The notes: generated from the letters alone by a model not told the origin. A stretch of 64,000 nt of DNA from Bacteroidales bacterium (GCA_007132225.1 SLPB01000001.1:1698-65697), one strand, 5' to 3'. Counted from the stretch's first letter, positions 10,447 to 20,403 are shown. Program-made: numbers and translations.

Positions 10447-10634
10447 TTTTAAATTATTTTTAATTAACATTTGTTGACCTTCATCACAAAAGTAGTTTTT
10501 TTTCATCTCACCCCCAAATTTTATATGTTAAAATTAATATTTTATTCTTTTTTTTAAACCATCACCCCCTTTTTTCTTACTTCTCCAATATTTTTTTATA
10601 TTTTATACAGATTGGTTTAAGTAATAAATTTGCA

Positions 10635-10664
10635 TAAAAAAACCGGCTCCCGATGAGGAGCCGG
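10635..10664 (-). terminator. Rho-independent terminator of the M20 dipeptidase gene
   Basis: On the minus strand: CCGGCTCC-TCATCG-GGAGCCGG followed by TTTTTTTATGC, about 30 nt after the stop at 10695. Confidence 0.65.
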
Positions 10665-10694
10665 CTGGCATAAAAAATTTGAGGTGATTCTGCA

Positions 10695-12065
10695 CTATTC
10701 TGCTTTCTCAATAAAATACTTGTAGAACAAGGGTATTGTTTCAATCCCCTTGTAAAAATTCCAAAGAGGGAAATTCTCATTCGGAGAGTGTATAGCATCA
10801 CTCTCCAGGCCAAATCCCATTAAAATGGACTTTACGCCCAGCACCTGCTCAAAAAGTGAAATAATCGGTATACTGCCTCCGCTGCGGAAAGGTACAGGTT
10901 TCTTGCCAAAAGTTTCTTCATAAGCAAGACTCGCAGCAAGATAAGCAGGGTGATCAACCGGGAAAACGTATCCTTCCCCCCCATGCAGCACCTTTGTTCT
11001 AACCTTCACTCCCGGTGGGGCAAGTGATTTGAAATGCCTGATGAACAGTTCATCTATCTTTTTTGAACTCTGATTGGGAACAAGCCGCATTGAAATCTTT
11101 GCATGAGCTGTTGAGGGAAGTATGGTTTTTGCTCCCTCTCCGGTATGTCCTCCCCATATCCCGTTAACATCAATGGATGGCCGGATTCCTGTACGTTCAA
11201 TTGCAGAATATCCGGCCTCACCGCCAAGATCTTCAACACCTATCTGTTTTTTATACCTTTCAACATCAAACGGCGCTTTTGCCATTTCCTCCCTTTCCTT
11301 TGGAGATGCCTCCAGAACATCATCATAAAACCCGGGTATTGTGATACGGTTCTTTTCATCAGTAAGGGATGCTATCATTTTGGTTAGGACATTAACCGGA
11401 TTTATAACTGCACCGCCGTATAGACCGGAATGAAGATCACGTTCCGGTCCAATCACCTCAGTTTCCAGGTAACTGAGGCCTCGCAGGCCAGTGGTAATAG
11501 ACGGCACATCTTTACCGATCATGCTGGTATCCGACACCAGGATAATGTCACATTTGAGTTTATCTGCATTGGCCCGGCAAAATTTACCCAGGCTGGGAGA
11601 GCCTATCTCCTCCTCACCCTCTATCATGAATTTTACATTACATGGAAGAATGTCAAAACTGACCATATACTCAAAGGCCTTAACATGCATAAATAACTGG
11701 CCTTTATCATCATCAGCACCCCTTGCCCAAATCCTTCCCTGACGTATTTCCGGTTCGAAAGGCGGAGACTTCCACAATTCAAATGGTTCTGCCGGCTGAA
11801 CATCATAATGTCCGTAAACCAGGACTACCGGTAGTGATGGGTCAATAATCTTTTCAGCGTATAATACAGGATGTCCATCGGTTGGAATAACCTGGGCCTT
11901 ATCTGCACCGGCATCTAAAAGTGATGACTTAAGATATTCGGCTGCACTCTGCATATCTGCCCTGTGTTCAGATTTTGAGCTCACGGAAGGAATCCGGATA
12001 AGACCAAACAATTCATCAAGAAAACGGTCTTTATTATCTTCAATGTACTTGTTTATCTGATTCAT
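10695..12065 (-). CDS. M20-family metallo-dipeptidase
   Basis: 456 aa with 'YGHYDVQP', 'ARGADDDKGQ' and 'EGEEEIGS', the M20/M25/M40 metal-binding motifs. Confidence 0.8.
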   Translation of the reverse strand: MNQINKYIEDNKDRFLDELFGLIRIPSVSSKSEHRADMQSAAEYLKSSLLDAGADKAQVIPTDGHPVLYAEKIIDPSLPVVLVYGHYDVQPAEPFELWKSPPFEPEIRQGRIWARGADDDKGQLFMHVKAFEYMVSFDILPCNVKFMIEGEEEIGSPSLGKFCRANADKLKCDIILVSDTSMIGKDVPSITTGLRGLSYLETEVIGPERDLHSGLYGGAVINPVNVLTKMIASLTDEKNRITIPGFYDDVLEASPKEREEMAKAPFDVERYKKQIGVEDLGGEAGYSAIERTGIRPSIDVNGIWGGHTGEGAKTILPSTAHAKISMRLVPNQSSKKIDELFIRHFKSLAPPGVKVRTKVLHGGEGYVFPVDHPAYLAASLAYEETFGKKPVPFRSGGSIPIISLFEQVLGVKSILMGFGLESDAIHSPNENFPLWNFYKGIETIPLFYKYFIEKAE

Positions 12066-12164
12066 TATGCTTATTGATTTTGATTATTTATTGAAATTAA
12101 AGACAGTGCAGCATTAACCATTTTTTCTGTTGCTTTCCCAATCAGCCAAATCAGTATATAAGTG

Positions 12165-12749
12165 TCAGGGCTTTTTAGAAAAAGCCTGTGTAGCAATCTC
12201 AAGCTCCTGGTAAAACTTCTGACCAAATCTCCGGACAATTGATTCCTGGCAAAAAACAAAGACCGGAACATTCAGCTTCTTTCCATTGGATATGGCAGAT
12301 TTACACACAGGCCAGCGATCATAATTAACCGCGGTAAAGGTTTCGTATTCCTTTATCCTTATTGGGTAAAGGTGACAGGATAATGGTTTCCGGAAAGTGA
12401 TCCGGTTCTCTGACCATGCCTTTTCTATTGCACATAGCGCAATGCCCTGATCAAATATGGCATAGACACACTCCTTCTCATTTAAAAGAGGGGTTACAGG
12501 CTCATCATCATTTTCGTCTATAACATGAGTACCCAGCTTGTTAATGGCATTTATCGATTCAGGCCGCAAATAAGGCCTGATCAAAGGAAAAATATCTTTG
12601 AGCACGGTTATCTCATCCTCGAGCAACGGTGCTCCTGCATCTCCCTGCACGCAGCAAGCACCTTTACATTTGTCCGGATCACAAACAAACTTCTCCTCAA
12701 GTATGGACAAGCCTATGACCTTATCATTAATCTGGAGCATGCTGCTCAT
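12165..12749 (-). CDS. Cys-rich DUF3109-like protein (CxxxCxGxCC metal-binding motif)
   Basis: 194 aa containing '[20 protein letters not shown]'. Its start overlaps the gpmI stop by 4 nt. The family assignment is from memory of the motif only. Confidence 0.55.
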   Translation of the reverse strand: MSSMLQINDKVIGLSILEEKFVCDPDKCKGACCVQGDAGAPLLEDEITVLKDIFPLIRPYLRPESINAINKLGTHVIDENDDEPVTPLLNEKECVYAIFDQGIALCAIEKAWSENRITFRKPLSCHLYPIRIKEYETFTAVNYDRWPVCKSAISNGKKLNVPVFVFCQESIVRRFGQKFYQELEIATQAFSKKP

Positions 12750-14269
12750 TTAACCAGTATTTTTCCGGTCATCTCCTCTGATGCCGGTATATCCATTATA
12801 TGGAGCAGGGTGGTTGCAACATCTGCAAGTATTCCTTCCTCTATTTTCTTATATTCGTCTGATACAAGCACGCAGGGAACGGGATTCAAAGTATGGGCAG
12901 TGTTGATTGATTTATCCGGATTAATCGCATAATCCGCGTTACCATGATCGGATATTATCAGGCTTGTATAACCATTCCTGGTAGCCGCTTCAACCACTTC
13001 ACCCAAACAGGAATCGACAGTTTCCACTGCTTTAATAATTGCCTCTTCAATACCCGAGTGTCCGACCATATCACAATTAGCAAAATTGAGGCAAATGAAA
13101 TCAAATTCATTTTCATTCAGCTCCTTAACAACGGCATCCGTAACTTCCGGGGCGCTCATTTCAGGCTTCAGATCATAAGTTGCAACACCGGGAGAGGGGA
13201 TCAATATACGGCTTTCGTTTTCAAACTCCTTCTCCCGTCCGCCCGAAAAGAAAAATGTTACATGCCCGTATTTTTCTGTCTCCGCAATACGCAACTGCTT
13301 TTTCCCTGCCCTGGCGACAAGTTCTCCCATGGTATTGGTCAGGTTATCCTTATCAAACAAAATCCTGACTCCTTTAAAAGTATCGTCATATCTTGTCATG
13401 GTCAAGTAATGCAGCGGCATGGTCTTCATTTCGTGTTCAGGGAAATCTTTCTGTGTAAGTGCAATTGTCAATTCCCTGAGCCTGTCGGTACGGAAATTAA
13501 AACAAATAACGACATCTCCCTCCTTAATGGCTCCCACCGGGCTACCCTTATCATCGACCATTACTATTGGTTTTATGAACTCATCGGTCATATTTTCTTC
13601 ATAGGATTGTCTTATTGCTTCAAGAATATTACTTGATTCCTTTCCCTTTCCGTGGACCAGTAAATCATAGGCAACTTTAACCCTTTCCCATCGCTTGTCC
13701 CTGTCCATTGCGTAGTAACGCCCAACCAGCGATGCAATCTGTCCGTTGGATTTTTCCAGATGCTCCTCAAGATCCTTAATAAACCCGTAACCGCTCTGAG
13801 GGTCTGTATCCCGGCCATCGGTAAACGCGTGTATGAACACATCCTTTAACCCGTATTCTTTTGTAATATCACATAACTTATAAAGATGTTTGTCCGATGA
13901 ATGCACCCCTCCGTCACTTACCAGTCCGAGAAAGTGAACGGCCCTGCCATTTACTTTAGCATAGTTCATCGCCTCCCTGAGAACAGGATTGCTGGTTATG
14001 CTGTTATCCCTAATGGCAAGATTGATCTTAACCAAATCCTGATATACTTTTCTCCCTGCCCCTATATTAAGGTGCCCAACTTCAGAATTTCCCATTTGTC
14101 CTTCCGGTAAACCGACATTTTCTCCGGAAGCCATAAGTTTTGAACTGGGATACTTTTGCGTAAGCCGGTCCATAACAGGGGTATTGGCTTTATATATTAA
14201 ATCTGAATCTGATTTATCTCCGATTCCCCACCCATCCAGAATAATAAGTATAGTTTTTTTACTTTTCAT
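12746..14269 (-). CDS. gpmI: 2,3-bisphosphoglycerate-independent phosphoglycerate mutase
   Basis: 'ILDGWG', '[15 protein letters not shown]' and 'SDHGNAD' are present. The likely start is [15 protein letters not shown] at 14269, whereas the ORF track starts at 14305. Confidence 0.9.
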   Translation of the reverse strand: MKSKKTILIILDGWGIGDKSDSDLIYKANTPVMDRLTQKYPSSKLMASGENVGLPEGQMGNSEVGHLNIGAGRKVYQDLVKINLAIRDNSITSNPVLREAMNYAKVNGRAVHFLGLVSDGGVHSSDKHLYKLCDITKEYGLKDVFIHAFTDGRDTDPQSGYGFIKDLEEHLEKSNGQIASLVGRYYAMDRDKRWERVKVAYDLLVHGKGKESSNILEAIRQSYEENMTDEFIKPIVMVDDKGSPVGAIKEGDVVICFNFRTDRLRELTIALTQKDFPEHEMKTMPLHYLTMTRYDDTFKGVRILFDKDNLTNTMGELVARAGKKQLRIAETEKYGHVTFFFSGGREKEFENESRILIPSPGVATYDLKPEMSAPEVTDAVVKELNENEFDFICLNFANCDMVGHSGIEEAIIKAVETVDSCLGEVVEAATRNGYTSLIISDHGNADYAINPDKSINTAHTLNPVPCVLVSDEYKKIEEGILADVATTLLHIMDIPASEEMTGKILVK

Positions 14270-14442
14270 AAACTTGTTTTTATCTTTTTTTAATATTACC
14301 TGCAAAATTATGCTTTTTTGCCGACAGAAAAAACAAGGGTTCTAAATTGCACCCTGTACAATAAAATTTATGGCATCTTTTTATAACTTAGCAGATATAA
14401 CAATTGAGCCCTGCAGCACAGGAGTATCTATTATTATCATAT

Positions 14443-15075
14443 ATGACACCAATACTAAGCCCCGAAGAACTAAATAGTTCTGAAAGTTATGAGCTTGTAA
14501 AAGTGCTCGGTCATGAAAGTATAATTGAATTTGTTTTGGGCCAGATTAAACAGTTAAGATGGCCAATGCTTGTGTTTTACGGATTTAACATTGCACTGTT
14601 TGTTTTGATTGCAGCATACACAACAGGAAATTTTATGCATTCATATATTTCATGGGGGTTGTACTGGCAATATCTTCTTTTTGGTGTGCTTGCAGGTATG
14701 ATTTTGGTAATCCCCTTTCACGAAATGCTCCACGGCTTCACCTATAAGCTTGCAGGGGCACCAAAAGTAAAGTTTGGCGCTGATCTCAGTCAGATGATGT
14801 TTTATGCCAGTGCCCCGGGCTTTGTTGCAGGCAAATTCAACTTTTACATGGTGGCCCTTTCTCCGTTTGTAGTTATTAATATTATATTCCTTTCAGGTAT
14901 TGTACTTGGCTCAGGTGAAATGCAGTGGGGCTCGCTGGTGGCTGTTTTCATACACAGCACCATGTGTATAGGTGACTTTGCAATGATTAATTATTTTGCT
15001 GCATTTCCGGGTAAAAAGGTTTACACCTATGATGACCATTCAAAGAAACGAAGCTATTTCTATATAAAGCGCTGA
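14443..15075 (+). CDS. Multi-pass membrane protein with an HExxH motif (DUF3267-like putative zincin peptidase)
   Basis: 'FHEMLHG' lies within a protein of about 5 predicted TM segments. The ORF track starts at a TTG at 14404 and the first ATG is at 14443. Confidence 0.55.
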   Translation: MTPILSPEELNSSESYELVKVLGHESIIEFVLGQIKQLRWPMLVFYGFNIALFVLIAAYTTGNFMHSYISWGLYWQYLLFGVLAGMILVIPFHEMLHGFTYKLAGAPKVKFGADLSQMMFYASAPGFVAGKFNFYMVALSPFVVINIIFLSGIVLGSGEMQWGSLVAVFIHSTMCIGDFAMINYFAAFPGKKVYTYDDHSKKRSYFYIKR

Positions 15076-15099
15076 AGCATGAACTGACTTATAAATTCC

Positions 15100-15127
15100 A
15101 CCCCGAAACCCTGTTCCGGGGTTTTTA
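15100..15127 (+). terminator. Rho-independent terminator after the DUF3267-like gene
   Basis: ACCCCG...CGGGGT stem followed by TTTTTATT, 25 nt after the stop. Confidence 0.55.
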
Positions 15128-15264
15128 TTATCATATAACCAGGGATCAGGTAACATCTCAATAATAAAATATCTCCAAAATAGAGAAAGTTAATTGAACT
15201 TTATTTATAGTTATATGTTTATATCTTGATATATCCTTGCAGTTTAAACTTAAACTTTAATAAA

Positions 15265-15867
15265 ATGAAACATAGACTGTTGTTCCTCACAATTAGCATT
15301 GTTAGCATTGGGCTGATTTTTTCAGCATGCGAAAAACAGGATATTCAAAAGAATTTCCAGGAACCAGGAATTGAAAAAAGCGCACAAAATGACCTGAAAT
15401 CATCACAGGGTCAGGTTGTTTTAAATTTCAGGGCTCATCTCTCGGGCGACCAGGTAAATGTTGACCCGCCATTAGAAACCGAAGCCACAGGACAAGCAAT
15501 ATTTCAGCTGAGTAAAGATGGCACTGAGCTGAGTTACCGGCTGATAGTGGCCAATATTGAAAATGTGAGAATGGCTCACATCCATCTTGCACCGGCAGGA
15601 GAAAACGGGCCTGTTGTTGCCTGGCTATATCCTTCTGCCCCTCCGGCCCAAAAGATTGAAGGAAGGTTTGACGGGAATCTTGCTACAGGAGTTATCACCA
15701 CGGAGGACCTTAGCGGACCTCTGGATGAGGATGAACTATCTGATTTAATATATCAAATGGCTGCAGGAAACACCTATGTGAATGTGCATACTGATCAATA
15801 CCCAAGGGGAGAGATCCGGGGACAAATTACAGGAAATACCAATAACCGTTCCGGCAGATCGAATTAG
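15265..15867 (+). CDS. CHRD domain-containing lipoprotein
   Basis: Lipoprotein signal MKHRLLFLTISIVSIGLIFSAC. CHRD hallmarks 'AHIHLAPAGENGPVV' and 'VNVHTDQYPRGEIRGQI' are present. The ORF-track start at 15226 is an upstream extension. Confidence 0.75.
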   Translation: MKHRLLFLTISIVSIGLIFSACEKQDIQKNFQEPGIEKSAQNDLKSSQGQVVLNFRAHLSGDQVNVDPPLETEATGQAIFQLSKDGTELSYRLIVANIENVRMAHIHLAPAGENGPVVAWLYPSAPPAQKIEGRFDGNLATGVITTEDLSGPLDEDELSDLIYQMAAGNTYVNVHTDQYPRGEIRGQITGNTNNRSGRSN

Positions 15868-15921
15868 GAAACCCTAGCTATAAAAGCATCCGTATTTGAA
15901 GAATGTGGAATTTCAACTTCT

Positions 15922-15965
15922 ACCAAATAAGAACAACCTTCCCTGGAAAGTTGTTCTTATTTGGT
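15922..15965. terminator. Very strong hairpin between the convergent CHRD gene and tRNA-Phe
   Basis: Perfect 16-bp arms accaaataagaacaac / gttgttcttatttggt, extendable with one mismatch. There is no clear U-tract on either strand. Confidence 0.4.
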
Positions 15966-16018
15966 ATTGTATAGAATTGCGCTCATTTTTTTGAATCACA
16001 GTTTTCTATAAAACAAGA

Positions 16019-16040
16019 CCCTGCGCTAAAAAACGCAGGG
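16019..16040 (-). terminator. Terminator hairpin just 3' of tRNA-Phe
   Basis: On the minus strand: CCCTGCG-TTTTTTAG-CGCAGGG followed by TCTTGTTTTAT, starting 8 nt after the tRNA 3' end. Confidence 0.5.
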
Positions 16041-16047
16041 CCGGCGG

Positions 16048-16120
<73 letters not shown>

Positions 16121-16251
16121 TTGAATAAGGATTGCAAATGTATTAAAAAAAAACGTTTTACAAAACGTTTTTTAAAGCTTATTATTTTTTTATTAAAACT
16201 AATTTCAATTAAATTATTTTTGTTCATTCAAGGTTTATATTTTTGCCTTCA

Positions 16252-17472
16252 ATGAAATTTTACATGCATACTTTTAATAACGGGATCAGAATTATTCATC
16301 ATCAGGTTCCTTCAAGAATTGCTCATTGCGGCCTTTTTATAAACAGAGGTTCCCGTGATGAAAAACCCTCCGAACACGGGATGGCTCATTTTATTGAACA
16401 CCTTGTTTTCAAAGGAACCATAAAAAGGAAAGCGCACCATATTATAAACAGGCTTGAAACGGTTGGCGGTGAAATAAATGCATATACCGGGAAAGAAGAG
16501 ACCTGTATATATTCATCTTTTTTGAAAGAGTATTTTGAACGTTCACTGGAATTGATTTGTGATATGATATTTTGTTCAGTATTCCCCGAAAAAGAAATGG
16601 CAAGGGAAAAAGAGATAATAATAGACGAAATAACCTCTTACAGAGACACTCCTTCAGAACAGATATTTGATGATTTTGAAGAACTGGTTTTCAGGGCAAG
16701 CTCCATTGGAAGAAATATTCTGGGCACTCCGGTTAATGTTAAAAGATTTACCCGGGAAGATGTCCTTAAATTCATGATCAATAATTATCATACCGACCGG
16801 ATGGTATTCAGTTCGGTGGGGAATATTGATTTCCGGAAAGTATTAAAACTTACCGGAAAATACCTGGGATCCATTCCGGAAAACAGGGATCCCGGAAAAA
16901 GAATTCCGGTAACTGGTTATCAGCCAGTCTCAAAATCTGTCAGAAAAAGAACACACCAGGCACATTGTATTATCGGCAACAGGGCATTTGATCTTCACCA
17001 CAGGCAGAGAATGTCTATGGTGCTGCTTAACAACATCCTGGGAGGTCCCGGAATGAGCGCAAGACTCAATCTTGCACTGCGGGAAAAGTCAGGCTATGCC
17101 TACAATGTGGAATCACACTTTACCGCTTATTCGAATACAGGGATTTTTTCTGTCTACTTCGGAACCGATAAGGAAAGACTGTCAAGATGCCGCCAGCTGA
17201 CCCACCGGGAATTCATTATGATAAGAAAAACCCGTCTGACTGCTTTGCAATTAAACCGGGCAAAAAGACAATTGACCGGACAACTAACCATTGGTTGGGA
17301 AAACAACGAAAACCTTATGCTTGCAATCGGGAAAAGCTATATGTTGTTTAACAGGGTAGACACCCTGGAAGAGGTCCAGCGAAAGATTGAACAAATAACC
17401 GCAGATGAATTACTGGAAGTGGCAAATATTGTTCTCCACCCTGATTACCTTTCCGAACTGGTTTTTTATTGA
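16252..17472 (+). CDS. M16-family (pitrilysin/insulinase-like) zinc peptidase
   Basis: Inverted zincin motif 'HFIEHLVFKG' (HxxEH) near the N-terminus. The ATG at 16252 (MKFYMHTFNNGIRIIHH) is preferred over the TTG at 16243. Confidence 0.8.
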   Translation: MKFYMHTFNNGIRIIHHQVPSRIAHCGLFINRGSRDEKPSEHGMAHFIEHLVFKGTIKRKAHHIINRLETVGGEINAYTGKEETCIYSSFLKEYFERSLELICDMIFCSVFPEKEMAREKEIIIDEITSYRDTPSEQIFDDFEELVFRASSIGRNILGTPVNVKRFTREDVLKFMINNYHTDRMVFSSVGNIDFRKVLKLTGKYLGSIPENRDPGKRIPVTGYQPVSKSVRKRTHQAHCIIGNRAFDLHHRQRMSMVLLNNILGGPGMSARLNLALREKSGYAYNVESHFTAYSNTGIFSVYFGTDKERLSRCRQLTHREFIMIRKTRLTALQLNRAKRQLTGQLTIGWENNENLMLAIGKSYMLFNRVDTLEEVQRKIEQITADELLEVANIVLHPDYLSELVFY

Positions 17473-17476
17473 TCCC

Positions 17477-17507
17477 GCCTGATGCACTATTCATATTTAC
17501 ATCAGGC
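17477..17507 (+). terminator. Hairpin after the M16 peptidase gene
   Basis: 8-bp stem gcctgatg / catcaggc with a 15-nt loop, 5 nt after the stop. There is no U-tract. Confidence 0.3.
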
Positions 17508-17571
17508 TCCATAAACCGGGAACCCGGTAAGGCCCTAACAGAAGAGTAAATTATGCAAACACCCAGGTATT

Positions 17572-18210
17572 ATGGAAAACATAAATAAGAAAGAAGAATA
17601 TATAATGCAGCATTGTACTGAAGAAGATCCGGTACTGGCACAACTTAACAGGCAGACCCACCTTGAAATGATAAATCCGGGGATGCTCTCAGGACATTAC
17701 CAGGGAAAACTCCTTGAAATGTTAAGTTTTATGATCCGCCCCAGTCAAATTCTTGAGGTTGGAACTTTTACGGCATATAGTTCCATTTGTATGGCAAAAG
17801 GTTTAACCCGGAACGGAATACTTCACACAATAGATATTAATGATGAAATCAGGGACTTTGCAAAATATTTTATTTTCAAATCAGGAATGGAAGAGAAAAT
17901 TGATATGCATACCGGCAATGCCCTTGATATAATTCCTTCACTTAACGGCCCTTTTGACCTGGTTTTTATTGATGCGGATAAATCAGAATATAACAAATAC
18001 TATAAACTTGTACTTCCCAAAGTAAGATCAGGAGGATTTATCATAGCCGATAATGTTTTGTGGGATAACAAGGTTTACCAGCCGGAATACAATAATGACA
18101 AGAATACTTTATGTATAAAAGAATTTAATAAAATGATCCAGCAGGATGAAAGGGTTGAAAACATGATACTTCCAATAAGAGACGGATTAATGATTATAAG
18201 GAAGATTTAA
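17572..18210 (+). CDS. Class I SAM-dependent O-methyltransferase (caffeoyl-CoA OMT-like family)
   Basis: 212 aa with SAM motif I 'ILEVGTFTAYSS', the metal/SAM motif 'FIDADK' and 'GGFIIADNVLW'. Confidence 0.8.
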   Translation: MENINKKEEYIMQHCTEEDPVLAQLNRQTHLEMINPGMLSGHYQGKLLEMLSFMIRPSQILEVGTFTAYSSICMAKGLTRNGILHTIDINDEIRDFAKYFIFKSGMEEKIDMHTGNALDIIPSLNGPFDLVFIDADKSEYNKYYKLVLPKVRSGGFIIADNVLWDNKVYQPEYNNDKNTLCIKEFNKMIQQDERVENMILPIRDGLMIIRKI

Positions 18211-18413
18211 ATTATATATTTCCGGATATTTTTTTTCAAACATTTTATTGTTTTATTTGTTAATTTAAAACCTACACAGGCAATCTGGGCAATCAGGCTA
18301 TTAAAGCCTTTGTAATATGCACCATAACGGTTAGGTTTAGGCAGCAGCAGAAGCAGATCAGGTTTCTTATTTGTAGAAGGTGCCGGTATAAAACATTAAC
18401 ATTTAATAATGCA

Positions 18414-19295
18414 ATGGCTAGTTACTCCATAAAAGACCTTGAGGAGCTATCAGGAATCAAAGCACACACCATACGAATATGGGAAAAACGTTACGGTATT
18501 GTAATTCCTGAACGCACCAGGACAAATATCAGGTTATATAGCGATGAGGACCTGAAAAAGCTACTTAATATTTCCATCCTCAACAGGTACGGATTTAAAA
18601 TATCCCAACTGGCAAAACTTGAACAGGATGAACTGAAGGAAAAAGTAATCCATATATCAAGGGAAACCTCCAACACCGCTATCCAGATCGAAAATCTGAT
18701 TATATCAATGCTCGAACTGGATGAATGGAAGTTTGACAAGATTCTGGCCGATTCCATAATCAGGATAGGCTTTGAGGAAACCCTGGTTGAATTAATGTAT
18801 CCGTTTTTTAAAAAAATAGGGCTTCTTTGGCAAACAGGTTCGATTAATCCTGCCCAGGAACATTTCGTATCTAACCTTTTGCGCCAAAAGCTTATTGTAG
18901 CTATAGACGGGCAGCAACCTGTAACAAAAGTCAAACCTTTAAGCTTTATTCTTTTCCTGCACGAAAATGAACTGCATGAGCTTGGTCTTCTTTTTTATTC
19001 ATACCTTCTTAAAAAAAATGATATAAAAGTGATTTACATCGGTCAGGCAGTGCCATTTAAAGATCTTGAAAATATCTCAGAAGTCTGGAACACACAGTAC
19101 TTCCTGACCTCTTTCACAACCGGAATAACCGAGAAAGCAATCAATGACTATCTTCTCAGAATGTCAGAAACTTTTCCTGAACAAACCATATTTTATACCG
19201 GCAATCAAGCCTGCAAGGCAGACAAAAACCTTCCCGGGAATTTGGTGAAAATAGAATCTGCAAAACAATTCCAGGAGATTCTTGCAAAGCTTTAA
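18414..19295 (+). CDS. MerR-family transcriptional regulator with a C-terminal cobalamin-binding domain (CarH/LitR-type)
   Basis: N-terminal MerR HTH 'YSIKDLEELSGIKAHTIRIWEKRYG'. W139-x9-E149-H150 ('WQTGSINPAQEH') and E186-x-H188-x-x-G191 ('ELHELG') were located by counting codons from 18414. Confidence 0.8.
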   Translation: MASYSIKDLEELSGIKAHTIRIWEKRYGIVIPERTRTNIRLYSDEDLKKLLNISILNRYGFKISQLAKLEQDELKEKVIHISRETSNTAIQIENLIISMLELDEWKFDKILADSIIRIGFEETLVELMYPFFKKIGLLWQTGSINPAQEHFVSNLLRQKLIVAIDGQQPVTKVKPLSFILFLHENELHELGLLFYSYLLKKNDIKVIYIGQAVPFKDLENISEVWNTQYFLTSFTTGITEKAINDYLLRMSETFPEQTIFYTGNQACKADKNLPGNLVKIESAKQFQEILAKL

Positions 19296-19359
19296 GATAG
19301 GGGGATAATAATTTATCTCAAACTTCAACTATACTTCCACCTGCCGATTCTGCTAAAAA

Positions 19360-19401
19360 GCCCGGTTGCCTTCAGGGATAAAATACTGAAGGCAACCGGG
19401 C
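19360..19401 (-). terminator. Strong hairpin terminator oriented for the minus strand
   Basis: 16-bp perfect stem gcccggttgccttcag / ctgaaggcaaccgggc. On the minus strand it is followed by TTTTTAGC. On the plus strand the trailing sequence is TTCGCG, which is a poor U-tract. Confidence 0.5.
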
Positions 19402-19792
19402 TTCGCGTTGACTCCGGGGATTCATCCAGAACACAGATTAGCTTTTTTCAGTGTTCCGGTCCGGGTCAACCCTTAGGTAATTAAGATTACCACCCTTTAT
19501 TTGTTTAAAATTATGAATTATACAAATTTCAGCATGGATTGTGTAATACTTCCCGGATTTTAAAGACCCACCTTTGTTTTAAATAGTGACTTAATTCATA
19601 TAATAACAGACAGTACAAGAGATACAGGCCTGATTAGCCCATAAAGTTATTGTTTCACCTATTCATCATATGCTTAATCATTATCTTATTTTTAACCGTT
19701 CTATTTAACTGCAAAGCTGCACCTTGCAGGGATTTTAACTTTTTTTTAGACTAAATCTTAATAATATATTTGTTTAATGTCTATTTTGTCTT

Positions 19793-19800
19793 TACATTTG
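19793..19800 (+). promoter_or_regulatory. Candidate Bacteroidota -7 box (TAnnTTTG) for the ECF sigma gene
   Basis: TACATTTG lies 33 nt upstream of the ATG at 19833. A second match, TATATTTG, is at 19765-19772. Confidence 0.3.
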
Positions 19801-19832
19801 TTAAACATTAACAACTACAAAATTCAACGATT

Positions 19833-20348
19833 ATGACTGCAATAGAATTCAACCAACAGCTTGTAACTCTCGAAAAAAATCTGGAAAGATTTGCATATAG
19901 TCTCACCGCTAACCAGGATGACGCACGGGACCTTGTGCAGGAAACTTTTCTTAAAGCACTAACATATCGTAAACAGTTTACCGATCAGTCCAACCTGAAA
20001 GCATGGACCTTCACAATTTTAAAAAACACTTTTATTAACAATTACAGAAAAGCCGTAAAACAAAATACAACATTTGATAATACAAAAGATCTCTATTTTC
20101 TCAATAAATCAGAAGAGTCCAAAGCTGAAAAGCCGGATTCCAGGATATCCCTGAAGGAAATAACCAGAAAAGTTGAATCACTGGAAGATGAATTCAGAAT
20201 TCCTTTTCAAATGCATACCTCGGGATATAAATACAAGGAAATTGCTCAGGAAATGAACCTTAATATAGGGACCGTAAAAAGCAGGATATTCTTTTCCCGC
20301 AAAAAACTGATGAAGTCCCTGGAAGACTATAATCCAGGCAAATCCTGA
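19833..20348 (+). CDS. ECF-type RNA polymerase sigma-70 family factor
   Basis: 171 aa. Region 2 is 'DARDLVQETFLKAL...WTFTILKNTFINNYRK' and the region 4 HTH is 'YKEIAQEMNLNIGTVKSRIFFSRKKL'. No anti-sigma gene is adjacent. Confidence 0.85.
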   Translation: MTAIEFNQQLVTLEKNLERFAYSLTANQDDARDLVQETFLKALTYRKQFTDQSNLKAWTFTILKNTFINNYRKAVKQNTTFDNTKDLYFLNKSEESKAEKPDSRISLKEITRKVESLEDEFRIPFQMHTSGYKYKEIAQEMNLNIGTVKSRIFFSRKKLMKSLEDYNPGKS

Positions 20349-20403
20349 ATTTACACCATGTCAGGATTGAAAATCCGCATATCATTAAAGACTCACAATG
20401 AAC

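Noticed and set aside
10507-10580. Two GGGGGTGA motifs on the minus strand upstream of glnA, one abutting the ATG at 10506, resembling a Shine-Dalgarno sequence
   Set aside because: The spacing to that ATG is about 1 nt, which is too short. Bacteroidota generally do not rely on SD sequences, and the GSIII N-terminus aligns with the downstream Met at 10446. It may be a regulatory motif, but two 8-mers are insufficient evidence.
12944-13636. 230-aa plus-strand ORF, along with similar long antisense ORFs at 9256-9831, 43518-44069, 18491-18934, 46671-47126 and 31393-31818
   Set aside because: Each lies entirely or largely antisense to a gene with strong family motifs (gpmI, glnA, the MacB-type permease, the MerR regulator, secDF and the PD40/PKD gene). 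Their translations are low-complexity or Cys/Ser/Phe-rich with no motifs, so they are treated as shadow ORFs.
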